Program-made: the position numbers and the translations under genes
The notes under the pieces: model-generated
What the model was told of the DNA's origin: nothing
Database searches by the model: none
The model's input: only the letters and a program-made list of their open reading frames with translations
Assembly (NCBI GenBank): GCA_965644295.1
Contig: CBFFRP010000308.1
Location: forward strand, 1-48,722
Origin: Paraphysomonas bandaiensis
Lineage: Eukaryota; Protista; Chrysophyceae
Length of the DNA stretch: 48,722 nt
Direction of reading: 5' to 3'
Shown here: piece after piece, positions 17,499-31,629 of the stretch
Numbering within the stretch: position 1 is the first letter of the stretch
Layout of the letters: each line of letters starts with the position of its first letter

Positions 17499-19054
17499 AT
17501 GCCTGTTAGTCATCAAAAAGAATGGGATACAACATTACGTGGTTCAATTGAGAGCTATCCTGTAGCAGAACCTGTTGATAGGTATACTATTAGATATATC
17601 ACTCATACTCTGCAGTTATTATCTATATGATTGAATAGAGTTGGACCTGAAGGTGTCAGCTCAGGGATATCATTTCGAAGTCTTCCTGATCCTTGTTTTG
17701 AACAGGTATATTCATAGACTATAGCATGGATGATGTGTCTTACGTGGCTATCTATAGGTTAAGAAGTCATGTATGCATTATGTCAACAAATGTTCAGGAA
17801 AATATCATAACAATAGAATGGCTGCACGATATGTGCATCAGCTGGCTTCAGAGGTTCTATCTATGCTCTCTGGAATTGCTGATGAAGTCCACACGCATCA
17901 GGAAATGGCACGATTAGCTGAACTCAGATTTGCTGAGTGGGACAAAAAGTTCCCTGAATCTCTTAAGCGACTTGGCGGTCCAGAAGAAATAGCCCAAGTA
18001 ATATATTCTCAAGAGGATGAGATATCTCGTTTAAGGAAAGAACTGGATGCGGAAAAGGGTGCTAAAAATGACGATTTAGAAAATATAAAGATGTCAATGG
18101 ACCACCAACTGCATGCGTCTCGTGTGGGTGCACTGGGTGAGAGGCAGCATCTTGCGATGGAATTCAACACTATGAAGGCGAAAATGCAGGCGCAACTTGA
18201 TGAATGTCAGAAAAAGTGTGCCGCCGAAGTGAAACGACTAAACCAAGAACACAAAAGTGAAATAGACCGAATCCATAAAGAGCACATGGTATCTATAAAT
18301 ATATCGTAAATCTGTGCTTAACCACTTTCCGTGTGAAGACTCATCGCCGAGAAGAGAAGAGAGCGTTTGATAGCACAGTGAAGCGTATGCAGGAGGAACA
18401 CCAGCGCAAAGAGTCAGAGAACCGCCAGACCATTGCTGACCTCGAGGACCAATGTGCGGAACTGAGGACGACGATACGCAAGCTCGAGCATCAGATGGAG
18501 TCACAGTCAGCCGGTGGTAGAGACTCGGACACTGATGCTAGTAGCGATGACGGATCATCTGTCATGAGTGGTACCACCCTGATGAGTCAGACTACTGCAT
18601 CTGCTTTTGCTGAGATGAAGAAAAAGTACACTCAAAAGTACAAGAGAAAAATTAAGAGGCTCAACAAGGTATGCAGGCCCGTGCTGTTCAGGATATACTT
18701 ATGTAATATTCTATTAATTAATAGCAACTTGATCAATACAAAGCAATCGTCCAATCCAAGAATGCCAGGATAGATGATCTGAGCACCCAGTTTCGAAATG
18801 CGGTTGAAGACAATTGTGGCCTTAATAGAAAGGTAAATGGGCTCACGGAATTGAATGAAGCCCTTCGATATCAACTGACTGATGCTTTTGGATTTAATGA
18901 TGGTTCTGTGGACATTAGTGGAGGTAAGACCTTTACTGCTTGTGTGCTATGTTTCACAATGCGCTCAGCTGCCAAGAAAGTAGTGTATGATCCTGATGTT
19001 CTCAACTTTATCGTCCCCGATTTTTTGCAGAAGCCTGACAAGCGTGGAATCTAA
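17499..19054 (+). CDS. Hypothetical multi-exon coiled-coil protein
   Basis: ATG at 17499; short GT-AG introns link ORFs 17773, 18333 and 18851; E/K/R-rich heptad character; divergent from RPA49. Confidence 0.72.
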
Positions 19055-19767
19055 ACAACTGCTGAAACCATCGTGTTTTTCATAGTGAATTAACGTATAT
19101 CGCTGTGGTATTTCAAATGGGCCTTGTGCATTCTTGTCTAATTTTGTATATGTGTTACTTCTTGATAAATACAGAATATCAGTTAATAAATCCAATAATT
19201 TAAAGTGTTCTTTGTAGCGGTGTCCTTTTTCATTTCAGTTAAGCGGTATCTTTTTCCGTTTAATTGGTATATTATACATCGAATTCTGTCTCCTGTACAT
19301 TTCATTCATATATTCGATAGTCGTGTACTATTTCTTTCGTAATATGCGGTTGACAGTATTCATTTTAATTATACGACGATTCCATCTACTGATTGAATTG
19401 CAATTAATCAATTTTAGGTCGGTTAATGCAGTATAATGTATAATCAGCCCAATACACGAGTGGTACACGGAGGAGTAACCTATATTTCCCCTAAAGTGGT
19501 AGTTATAAGCAACTGGGTAGAACTCGCAGTGTTCTCTACAAGACAGCACAGGTATGTATGTCCAGCAATGCCAGGTGCGCTTCCAACAGTGATTTGAAGT
19601 GATAATATTAATCAAGGCTACTTTTATCAATACTTTAAATGCAGAACACGGTCAGAATTATTTTATTCAGTCAACACTACAATCATTCCACAATAGCGGT
19701 GTAGATTCTGATAAACTCATTGTTGTGATGTAAGCTAACAAGATATATCCACAAAAACAAAATAGCT

Positions 19768-21184
19768 TCACCCCACTCTACCATACATAGCTTTTGTAGG
19801 CTCTGCATTGACAAGCGGCAAGTTTTGGACATTGATCCAGTCACCAGAGAAGTCTCTTCTCCAGAGTCCTAGTGATCCATCTTCAGCAGATGTGACGAGC
19901 ACCGTGCCAGTCACATTCCAAGCCACCCTCCACACTTCGGAATTTGTATGTACTGTCTGCGTTGCATCTGGACTGTACACCAACGCACCATTTTCTCTTC
20001 TCAATGTGTGTATCTTAGAGAAGTGGCTGAGTGAAATACTGATACCGCAAAATTATCATTACCTTGAATGACTTCTCGCGGCTTGCAGAGGCTATCAGGT
20101 GATATGATCTACCCATTGTAGGCGCCCAGGCTACATCGTGAACTGGACCTCCATGTGACTCCAGCACACACTCCTAAACCAAATTAATATACGGTAAAAG
20201 TAATATAATCTTCCTCACCTGCGCCCATTTACCATTGTCGCAACTCCACACAGCAGCGAGTTTGGAGTACCCTCCCACCACTAGCTTCGGTGATTCAAAT
20301 GGGCAATCACTCCAAGAGAGAGATGTGACACCATGCTCGGCAATATGATCAGGCCCCGAGGTAGACTCCGCTTGAAAAGAATCCTGAGAGAGTGTTCAAA
20401 GAAGTATTGCGGCAAAAAAGAAACAAACCTGGAGCGGCCAGTACCCAAGACTGAAGACATCATTAGCTTCATATATTCTAACCATCCCGTCCGCAGATCC
20501 TGCTGCGAGCTTCAATCCTAACTGTCGGGGACCGAATTTGACATCATTAACAGACTTCTTGCTGTCTGATAGCTGTGTTTTCTTCAGCCAACGTCCTCTC
20601 TCTTTGTTGTCAGAACCAGAAACAGATTCTAAAGTAATGCAAATGCTGACTGATAAATTTCAATACACATACGCGTTCATTACCTTGTTCTTCCCATATT
20701 ATCACAGTTTTATCTTCAGAACACGATGCAAACATCTAACGTGATATATTGTTAGCCAGTGACCAGTATATTCGATTCAGGTGTATCAACCTGGCCAAAT
20801 TCTGGGTGTGCCCACGATAAACGCCATATGATATCCTGATGAATGCGAGGAATATCATAGCAAGACCATGTTTTTGTATCTTCATCAAGGTCCCACACCT
20901 GGTGAAATATTTAATACCAATAGAACAGAGATGTCGATGCACTGGTGAGTATATATATATATGTACCTTAATCTTCGAGGAACAAGACGCAAACCTCTTC
21001 CCTATACAGATACTCATACATAGAAACAATAAACTATGAAAGATTTACCTAAATAGTCGAAAGCTATATCATTGACAATATCCCCTGTGTATATATTAGT
21101 CACAGCAATCACTGTATATGTCTGTATGTATGTATGTATATCTTAAAACTAACCGTGACGGGGAATCAAATCTATAAATTGCAT
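19768..21184 (-). CDS. SEH1: Nucleoporin/GATOR2 subunit Seh1 (WD40), multi-exon
   Basis: Spliced reading gives DIAFDYLGKRFASCSS, WAHPEFGQ, ASCSEDKTVIIWEE, DVKFGPRQLGLKLAAGSADG, VAWAPTMGRSYHLIA, VWRVAWNVTGTVL. Confidence 0.93.
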
Positions 21185-21852
21185 GACTTTAAGTGGTGAA
21201 TTGTCTATTCAATACCACTCTAATGTATTGATATTCCTCTTAGAGATGAGATTAAATGGTGTATTGCTGTTAATTATATTGCAGTACCAGTGGAGTACTT
21301 AACATGACATGAGATGGATTTCATACACCATATCACATACATACATGTACATACACACAGATGCTCTGTATGATAGGCATTACTGCTTCCAACTTCGTAC
21401 AGAAAGGCAGTGAGGGAAATCAAAACCATCAATTTTGTAGGTATTCCTTATCAAAGTAGAGTATTTTGCAATGAAGAAGAGTTATATTTTGCTAAAACCA
21501 TTAAAAAAACGATATGAAAGAGTGATAAAAAGCTACCTTTTTTTACTATATAGAAATATGCTAATATTTCCGGATTTTACTAATATCCGGATTTTTAATT
21601 GTGTCTACAGTATACTGTACTTCAGTACCACTAAACCACTGAATTTCACCCCTGAAAACCAAAATCACTGAATTTTCAGAATTAGAAATTCAGTTTTCCT
21701 AAATAAGACCCACCCTACGGGCTGTAAAGTGGACATATGATCGATCTCACTTCTTCCAATAGCTCTCTATCATATATAAACACCTGTAGATTACTACTAA
21801 TATTGATACACCATATAAAAACCTTCTTGCCTCCTTAATATACTATTCACTG

Positions 21853-23746
21853 ATGTGGAGTGATCAAACTGAATCAGAGATCAATGAGATAGTGAATATA
21901 GCCCTTGTATTAAGTAGATATGATGAGGAATATGATATATATGAAGATAATGATTATGATATTGATCATATCGATCCATCAAAGGAGTTTATCTCTATGT
22001 TACAGGTATTTAATGATGTAGTTGTTAGTAACAGTGAAAGAAATGGTTATGATTCAAAGGTATCAGTTACTGATGATCTATCCGTCCAATCAGAGACCTC
22101 CAATCAGATTACTTCTAATGAATTGAATGAAAGTTCATTGGTTGATAGTGATCAAACTGAAAGTATTGGAGCAAATGATATGCATATAGCGGTCTATAAT
22201 TGTGATATCAACCGTGTGTTGGAGTTGCTCTCGATTAGAAGTGTGCAGTGTTGGGATACTGTAGACCACAGGGGAAACAGTCCTTTGCTATTAGCTATAA
22301 AGCTGCGGTAATTTTTCATATGTGTACTGATGTATTTAACGAATGTTTTTAGGTTTGTTGAACTAGCGAAACTACTCATAGCAGAAGGCTTTTCATGTGA
22401 CCGTGTGAGCCGTTGGCACGGTGCTGAATATCATCTAATGGATGATGCTGTCTTAACGAGAGATGTCTCACTTGTAAAAGCTGCATATAGTAGCCTACAA
22501 AAAGATTCATGGAAAAAATGGGTGGAGAAACGACCACTCTTGTTGGAGCAACTGGAGCAGATACCTGACATGTATATAGAGATGAGCTGGAAATTCTCAG
22601 GCACTGGACCGATGAGTCCTGTTGTGAAAATGTTTGCCCCACATGACACATACAAGATATGGAAAAAGGGGAGTTGGTTGCGTCTAGATAGTACTATAGC
22701 TGGATTTTCGCGGAACTTGTCAGCGCGACGCTGTGACCTCTCGCTTATCTTTCGAGGATCCGGTGGATCAGAATCCCATGGAGTGCGCAGTGACTGTGAC
22801 GGAGACTTATTTCTTATCAATCGGAGCGAAGGCACTTATCTGCGGGTGGGTGGGCAATAAGGCTCTGATTGCGCTAACGTAATTTCTACCCAGGTTCTTC
22901 GAAGAATTGAGAGACCTTCCGACACTGAAACTTCTAATTTCGCTCATCGAATGGTAAATGTGCTTTTGATATGTGCTATCAGCATGCTGACTATCATTGC
23001 AGATAACTTCGCAGAGTAGTAAAGTCAATTCTGTTGATGTGGATGCCACAAACTGGTCGTTTCGACCTATCGTTGATCGCAGTGGAAAGGTATTGATCTG
23101 CAGTTTTTACTCAGACTTTATGACTTCTGTGTAGACGAAGTCATGCGTAATTAACGGTGAAACTTGTTTGAAATGGGAGGCACGAGGTGATATGAAGGTA
23201 CATATATTCTAACTGCATGCATTTTTTCTGACTTCTTTTTCAGATTAAAGTTCACAGCAAGAGCAACAACAATGACGTGTTGTGTATGAGTGAACATGAG
23301 TACTTCCATGAGGAAGATGGAGTAGCAGAGCATTCGATAGAATCTTCAACACGACTCCGACGAAAGGAAAGGGAAAAGACAGTTGATAAACACGTTAGAG
23401 CTGGAGTTTATATGACACCAAATTTTCCAATTTCAATAACGTGAGTTTATTCGTATTACGATAAAATCTTTGACGATAGTACTTTTGCAGAGAACTTATG
23501 CCAATTATGGAGATATTTTCAATGCGCAATGAATATGTTGAAAAACTAGCGAATATATTTGGTGGTGCTAGCAATTATAGCATACCGAGTGATTTATTTC
23601 CCTATCGATTACAAGTTCCTATTTTCTTAGGTGTAAGCGCCGTTGTAACTTTCAGTCGTGTTGAGAGGCACCCAGATGTTGAAACCACTATGTTTGATAT
23701 TCCTGTGCATTTTAATGAAATTGTTGATGATGTAGACACTACATAG
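21853..23746 (+). CDS. ANKRD13-like protein (ankyrin repeats plus GPCR-chaperone-type domain), multi-exon
   Basis: Ankyrin DHRGNSPLLLA; PDMYIEMSWKF...PHDTYKIWKKGSWLRLDSTIAGF; C-terminal FPYRLQVPIF...AVVTF. Confidence 0.85.
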
Positions 23747-24241
23747 ATCTAATGTTTAGTCTGTTGAAGTTCGTAACGTTGAGTATAACATTTAACATTA
23801 TATAACTATTGATGCTTTCGTGATATACAATGTACGAAATACATAGTGGTGTAGTGGTATAAGGTATTAGCCCAAACAATAAGAGATAAGAGACTAGAAA
23901 CATATTTTAGATAAAAATGTTATAGATGTAGTGATGTACTATGAGTACGACTAGACACAGTCACTGCTCATCCGATACGATGTACTCTTCTAATTAGAGA
24001 CAAACAACTTAAAATATTCGACCTCAGAAGTGCACTTGCATATTTATTTACATATGCTCACTCTATACAAAATCAGTGCATAATTTTCTCGAATTCCCTA
24101 CAAAGAATAAAATCGATAGATTTGGAAAACACTCAGTCAGCTACAGATAATTGACAACTTCGTGGAACACTGTAGCCAATAGACCATCGAAATTCATACT
24201 TTAGAATAGCTTTGTCAAAATTGGCAAACTGTTCTAATGTT

Positions 24242-25532
24242 CTACTTATCCAAGCTCAGCACAATTACCCTATCATAGAAAGCATCCGGTGCTGCACTAT
24301 CTAAGCTATCGAGGGATCCACTTCGGCTCATTGGAGTATATGCAGCACCACAGCTCACAACAGGGGATCCGTATCGGGATAGCCGATCTTCGGCCTCCTC
24401 ATCCCGGAAGGATCGCACGCGCCAAAGCGTAAAACCTACGAGAACGACACCAAGTCCGACTACAGTCATCGGGTTGAATTCCTCTCTGTACTCACCGAGT
24501 AGTGGTAGATTGAATGTGAGCACCGTTAACGGAAGCAAAAGGGCATTGGTAAGGGTGCTCAGAACCGCTCCATCATGTTTTACCAAATAGAGACCAAGAA
24601 TATTGAGTATAAAATTTAGTACACAGTAGCCCGTCAGCAGCCAAAAGGTGTGTTTGCTTGAGCACTCATTATTGTAGTGAATGAAGCATGCAACCCCACT
24701 GCAAAATGAGTCAAAAATTTCCGACAGTGAGGACCCTTCAGCGCTACCTATCCCGGGAAGCATCTGTAGCACACCCAAAACAAAACCCCACAACAGCTGA
24801 TATACGGACACCAGCTGGGTCATGTACATGACATGCACCTGTAGGTTCCGAAATCCCATTTCTTTATATATACAAGAGAAGGCTATGGGAATGTTGGAAA
24901 GGAAATATAAGAGGTTGGAAGTGATATCGTAGTAAGACTCCGCCTCTCCTGCAGAGGGGATGAGCACTACCCATGCCCCTACAAATATCAAGGAAGCGCC
25001 AACAAGCTGCAGGGGAGTTGAATGCTTTCCTAAGAGTAACCACGATAGAAGCATCGTGATAGGAATGAGAGTTTGGTTCAGAAGCTGTTGTAACGACCCA
25101 GAGGTTCGGTTTGCTCCCATTGCTGCAAGAAAGCCTCCGACACTATCCAGAAAACCCATTATGATAAACTTTCGATGCGGAATTTGCTTCATTTCATCCG
25201 TGATCTCACCTCGCCGAGTCAATCCATGTAAAATAAAGCCACCATACACTACGTAAAGAAAATTTACACCTTGACTGACGAAAAATGCCCGACTTTCACC
25301 ATAAGCAGAGTACATAATCTATATAATAGAGAGAGTTACGTTAAGTCATAGCAGTTAATCATTATATTTTATGACATACTTTGTAAGAAACAAAATTTAA
25401 TGGTCCAACAATTAATATACTGATAATACTGCTATATAGCCACCATGATTGTGTAGTGTCTGTCTTTCCAGCTCTATCGATATGCATTGCATCGATATTA
25501 CTGTTAACAGCACCATATCCTTGTTCAACCAT
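24242..25532 (-). CDS. CRT-like (chloroquine resistance transporter-like, DMT superfamily) transporter, 2 exons (25532-25380, 25318-24242)
   Basis: About 10 hydrophobic segments; MGFLDS...RTSGSLQQLLNQTLIP, SCIYKE, VSVYQL, G.ACF...EC loop, LVKHDGA. A 61-nt intron adds the first TM segment. Confidence 0.85.
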
Positions 25533-27643
25533 CACTTGAAGTTATATCACTAGTACTAGAAGTAACAGGATAGGATAGACTATTGAATAGAATCGTGGTA
25601 TTATATATGCTTGATATGGTGTAATAATGCATATGATGACAGACGTTCATACGACAATGAAAGGATTAGCAATGATGAGTTTTTAGACACAGTCTGAACA
25701 AAAAACAGAGGTTTTTCGAAACCTACCCCAAAACAGGTGGATTTTGAAGCCACTTCTGAAAGGATATTCCGGTTTTCAAATCCTCGGGGTCCAAAACTTC
25801 AGATTTATTGACAAAAACTTAGTACGAATCTGTTAAAGTACTATACGTCATACGAAGTGTACTCTCCCATATAGCGTATAGGCTATAGACCATACCACAG
25901 ATAGTGACAGGGAGTGTGATGAATCTGATATCTATAGACGATAGAGTATGATATGGAAGAAGTTAAAGTGATGTTGTCATGTTAACATCAATTACCAGTG
26001 ATATTTCTATAGAGGTAATCAAGTTAAAGTAGTATAACGACGACACGATACTATCAGCAAGATACTCTAAACTTGTATGACCAATTAACCAGATATCATC
26101 TTTGAGAGGCAATTCAAGGTACTTAGAGGACTGTTTCATGAGTATTCTATTAGATACTAGAATAGTACTTCTTTGATGACAACTCAACTCAATGATTATA
26201 ATGGATATCATATCCGCTGGAATTGAAACCATGTATTACATTGACAATGCTTGCTGGGTCTTCGTATCTTGATATAATTTGGTACGGAGTGAGTTTGAAG
26301 ATTGTGTGATAAGGAGTTTGACATTGATAGAAAGAGCTCTGCTTGACAATGAGATATAACAAATGCCCGAAACGCTGCACGCATGAGTGGAAAATTATTT
26401 TGGAGCTTAAGCGAAGGATAGATTTTTTCCTAGCTGCACACGATTACATCTGTGGTATCATGTATGATTCAAGAAGTGATACTGACTTCACCTAAGTAGA
26501 GTAATAACTTTACTTATACTTGTAGCGTGCTTTCTCATATTCTGTTTACATGCTTTTAAGAAGTAGTAACGATTGCAAGCAAGTTATTGTAGTAATTAAA
26601 GCTAATTTACTTATAGCGTGTTCTTTCATGTTCTGTATTTAGTAACATGCATGAACACAACATTTCGTTTAAACTAACTCCATTAGGGATGCCAGCCAAG
26701 CGTTTCTTTTGTGGACGCATGAGAGGCAAAAGCATCCACAAGTCTTGTGGACTTGGCAGTGTAGTAGCCTACGCCCCAAGCTAACGCTTCTTGCTGTCTC
26801 CCGTCTCCCCATTCCGCGGTTTTCTATGGTGTTTACCTGTGTGAAATCAATACGTTCGATGAAACAACTGCTTCATATCTTTGTGAAGACGTTTCAGAGC
26901 TGTCACTATATGAAGCGAACAAATTGGTATTGAACCATGGCTTGCATTATCAGTTAATTGCATTGGTTTTTCATATGGTTTACACCATACTATTGCTAGA
27001 GCTATGAAGGAGATGAAGGCATCAAATACACATTAAAATTATATCAACAAATACATCACAGATTAGACCTAAGACAGCAATGTGACAATCGTTAGAAGAA
27101 GGATAGGCGGGAATGGGGGAGCGTTGGATAAAATGGTGTCACGTTGAGTACGGACGAATAATACAAGGCTACAACAAAGTACACCAAATATGGGATGAAG
27201 CTTTGCTCGGTGCAATGGAATAAAGTCAGTTGTGTAGATTAACAGTCTGAGTTATGTCCATTCAAATTGCTCTAGATGGTAGTTAGGAGCTCTGTGAGCC
27301 GTTGGTTATTCCTATATGCTATATATGTATATATGTGGCTACGAATAGACTATTGCTAGATAAAGATTGAAGATTGTAATCATAATTCAATAATAACCGT
27401 GGATTACCGATATTTCAGGAGTTTGCTAAGTGATACGCATATAAAGGGCAAATCAGCTTACGATTATTACGCCCTAGTGTCAATATATATTGCAACGGGG
27501 AGGTTTATTCCTAACATCATAAGGCAGGTCATTCCAGTGGTTTTCAGGCACTTTATTGAGCAAGTTGACGATCTGGTGTTATTCAAGAAGAAGCTTCTAA
27601 AATTGACTTGAATAATACGGAGGGGGTAGATAATGATAACGCT

Positions 27644-28050
27644 CCTGGTGTAGAAAGCCCCAATTCCTTAATGGGAAAATAGTTCAGGCTCAGATTTCGA
27701 ATGCCGTATATGCTGTTTAAGAAGCAACTGCCCCCGGTGTACATAGAGACAAACGCGTTCGATACTAAATTGCAGTCCTATATACCGGTGCACTTTAAAT
27801 TGATGATTGTCCTTAGAATGCTTGGAAAAGGTACTGATGCTGATAGTATTGAATAATTAAGCAGTGTACCTATGAGTACTGTAAACTCTATTCTCCATAT
27901 TTACACCAAGATTCGGGAATTGTTTGCATTTGTTAGTATACCTAAAGCTGGTACAGATGTTATACCATTGATGACGCAAAGTCAGTTCACTGGTCTGAGT
28001 TCTTGAGTACGTAAGAAAAGACGTGGAGTGTACGATGGGATTTTAAGACA
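27644..28050 (+). pseudogene. Decayed, internally deleted PIF/Harbinger-type DDE transposase
   Basis: Manual translation: GK*FRLRFRMPYMLF...IPVHFKLMIVLRMLGKG..ADSIE*LSSVPMSTV, then after frameshifts HWSEFL/EYVRKDVECTMG, matching the family's FRxRFRM and RKDVExxFG motifs. Confidence 0.75.
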
Positions 28051-28566
28051 ACACTTCCAAATCTCTAAAATACAATTATTTACTGAAGCAGAGACTTCAT
28101 TTACACAATGTAAGGGCATGTACAATACTTCATAACATGCAATATTATTTGCATCGAATGGGTTGAAGTTCCATCAAGAATTCAATTGGGAAAGTAACTG
28201 TACTGTACATATATACTGCTGTATACTTTATCTCCCTGCAATAATAATACTGTGCTGTCCTTTCTCTTGTACATTCTAGACCCGTATCCTATAGAGTTAC
28301 AAATATACTAAACTGAAAAATATAACCATATGATGAGGGTTGATCTCGAATATTTTGACAAATAAAAAGATCCAACGACAAAATTGTGTATGATAAATCT
28401 GACTGTCCATATACTACGAATTACTTACTGTATAGTGTATAGGGGCGTCTATATACTGCTGTATAGTGTATAGAGAAGACAGGCACTAGAGCATATGTAT
28501 ATATCTCCCCATCATAGCAATAGACATAATTAGAAAGATAGTTAACATAAACAGGAATATTTTATC

Positions 28567-31341
28567 ATGTCAATTACAGGAAACGATTCTTCATATACAA
28601 GACAAGTATCTCGTGGTCAATCAAGTGTGAATGCACGTAGAAGACGTCATAGAAATGATTCATCTGATGAAGAAGAGATTGATCTCACTATATTACAAGA
28701 AGGTGATCCTCTCATATCAATTGAGAGGATAGAGTCATAACTTATATATAGGATGTATGTTTTTAAAGTTTGGACGTAAAGGACCTGTACATGAGAGGCT
28801 TATAAGACTGACAGATGATTGCCGTTATATAGAATGGAACAGCTCATGGATTAAATTTAAACCAAAAGAAGAATGTAGAGGTATATATATTGTTTAACTT
28901 GTATGTATATTTATTTGAGGTTGTTCAGTGGATTTGGAAGCTGTATCTCGCATTCAACATGGCCAAATGACAGCTAATTTCGAACGACATCGAGCTGTAT
29001 TTGGTGGAGCTAGTGGAAACTCTTTTTCTCTCATTTATGGTGATAACCGTTCACTAGATCTTATTGCACCATCTCCAGAAGTATTTCGTGTTTGGTTTTT
29101 GGGATTAAAACAGGTGCTGCAAGCCATTCGAGAGGAGCGAGTGAATACCAGTGCATATAAGCGGTTCTTGAAGGCTAAGTGGGATACTGCGGACAGCGAT
29201 GGCAGTGGTACACTCACAAAAAGGGAGGTAGTAGAATTGGTGGCGTCGATGAATGTAAATCGACCAAAGAACGTTATTTATGCCATGTACACGCAAGTAG
29301 ATGTGGACAACAGCGGCACTCTCACCTTTGAAGAGTTCTGTGACTTCATTGATTTGCTGCGCCGCAGACCTGAGATTGAGTTCCTCTGGTGTACAATAGC
29401 TATCCAGCACAACTACAATACGCCTCTACGCATACCAGCGAATAGTGAAGATATTTCGTCAGAGTACAGTGAAGCTATCTCTTTGGATAGCGTCATATCT
29501 GTTGAGGAGTTCATTGCTTTCTGGTAATGTTATCCTTGGGTTATCAACGTTGATAATATGTGCTTGTACTCAGGCGAGAAAATCAGAAGCAGCATATCAC
29601 ATATGAAAAGGCACTGGAGATGATTGCGGCTGGCATGGGTGACGACTTTAATGAGAGCAACCCGTGTTTGACACTTGCAGGATTCAACAACATAATGTGC
29701 GCCTCATTCAATGACGCCTTCGACATCAGCAAGCAGATAATTTATCAGGATATGACTTATCCACTGTCGTATTATTTTATGGCATCTTCTCATAATACTT
29801 ATTTGGAGGGGGATCAGCTGAAGAGCGCCTCATCAGTGAACCGCTATATCAATGATTTGTGCAAGGGATGTCGATGCGTGGAGCTGGACTGCTGGGACGG
29901 TGATGATGGAGAGCCTGTCATATACCACGGGCATACGCTCACTGCAAAAGTTCTTTTCGAAGGTAGAAGTTTCTTTTGCTTTTATTGTGTATTTTAATGT
30001 TGCTGCAGATGTGATCAAAGCCATGGCGGAATATAATTTCAGGGTGTCACCGTACCCTGTGGTGTTAAGTATAGAAAACCACTGCTCCTTGCCTCAGCAG
30101 GAGGTTATGGCACGGATAATAAAAAGAGAGTTCGGAAGCAATTTGCTGATGCCAGGGGATATGCTGGGTGACTACTTGCCTTCGCTGGAGCAACTTAAGT
30201 ACAAGGTTCTGATAAAAGGAAAGAGGGTTAGTGCCGCTGCGGCTGCAGCAGCTGCAGCTGATAGCATTGCGCTGGATGACGATGACGACGATGACGATGA
30301 TGATGAGGATGATGATGAGGCGAAGACAAGTTCTCTATCTGCGAAAACGAAGGAGGATGTAAAAACAATCAAAAATAATAAGAAAAAGCATAAGGAGAAG
30401 ACGCATCCAGATTTGTCTGCAATTACCTATTTGGGTACCTGTCACGTCAAGTCTTTCTCTCCTGAGGATTCAGCTGCCATTCCTCCAGACATGATGACTA
30501 GTTACAGTGAAATCAAGACGCTAAAGTATTTGAAGAAGCCTGACATCGTTAAGGGATGGATAGAACACAACAAGGTTCATCTAAGGTAAGGTACTTTTAT
30601 TTGTGGGTTATGTGTAAAACCAGCATACTTCCAGTCGCATATATCCGAAGGGCACCCGTGTAGACTCAAGCAACTTGGACCCATGTCCAGCCTGGTCTGC
30701 GGGCAACCAGTTGGTGGCCCTTAACTATCAGACACCATGTGTTCAGATGCACCTCAATGACGGAAAGTTTCGAGAAAATGGAGAGTGTGGGTATGTGCTT
30801 CGTCCGCAGTTTCAGCTGACCAAAGATCGGCCCAAAGCTACTATTCGCCTAGTTGTACATGTAATTAGTGCTCAGCAACTGCCAAAGCCCGGTGGAGCAA
30901 AGAAGGGAGAGGTGTCTATATGCCAGCTTGTTACATTTGCTATAGCTTATATATATTACTCAGGTTATCGATCCCTATGTCTCGGTGAATCTCTATGGTC
31001 CAAGCAAAGACCCAATATCTTACCGAACGAAAGTTATTCAAGATAATGGTTTTAATCCTATTTGGAATGAGGTAAATGCGTATATTCTTTTCTCGGAATA
31101 ATAATACGAGTGTTTCTAGGTATTTTCGTTTGAAGTTAAACGACGAGAGCTGTGCCACCTATACTTCCGTGTTATGGATTCTGACCTCGATGCAGATGAC
31201 TTCATTGCATACTCTTCAACTCCGGTAGATGCTTTGGTTGAAGGATACCGTACATTTAAGCTCTTTGACGAGAAGGGTCTTTGTGATGGTGATTTTGCTT
31301 TTGCAGGTCTCTTTTGCCGCATCACCATTGAGGACCAGTAG
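28567..31341 (+). CDS. PLC: Phosphoinositide-specific phospholipase C (PH, EF-hands, X, Y, C2), multi-exon
   Basis: EF loops DSDGSGTL and DVDNSGTL; X box SSHNTYL.GDQL, GCRCVELDCWDG, IYHGHTLT, SIENHC; Y box RIYPKGTRVDSSN, VALNYQT; C2 NGFNPIWNE. Confidence 0.96.
30232..30320 (+). repeat. Poly-Ala and poly-Asp trinucleotide tracts in the PLC X-Y linker
   Basis: GCN run followed by a GAY run (AAAAAAAAADSIALDDDDDDDDDDEDDDE). Confidence 0.9.
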
Positions 31342-31593
31342 ACGGTGTGATGTGGACGACGCCGTTCTACGTACCATGTGTGATTTATAGGAAGTGTTTT
31401 TGGGTTGCTTTCCTATTTTTTCCGTGTACGTTTGTAGAGGTTTATAAATGTAGAAGAGCGTAAATAATGCTTGGTGATAACATTACAATTCGTTGTGACC
31501 TCTTGTGTGGTCTCTGCTGAACGGCTACCGTTAAATAAACAATGTAGCACTTTTTAGGTGTAATTTGTCGGATAGTTAAGTAATTAATTGCGA

Positions 31594-31629
31594 AATATCT
31601 TGCATTCATTTAATATCTTGCATTCATTT
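31594..31629. repeat. Perfect 18-bp tandem duplication
   Basis: AATATCTTGCATTCATTT twice. Confidence 0.9.

Noticed and set aside
26503-26640. Imperfect ~40-bp direct repeat (TTTACTTATA...AGCGTG...CATRTTCTGT)
   Set aside because: Two degenerate copies in AT-rich DNA; most likely an old local duplication with no evidence of function.
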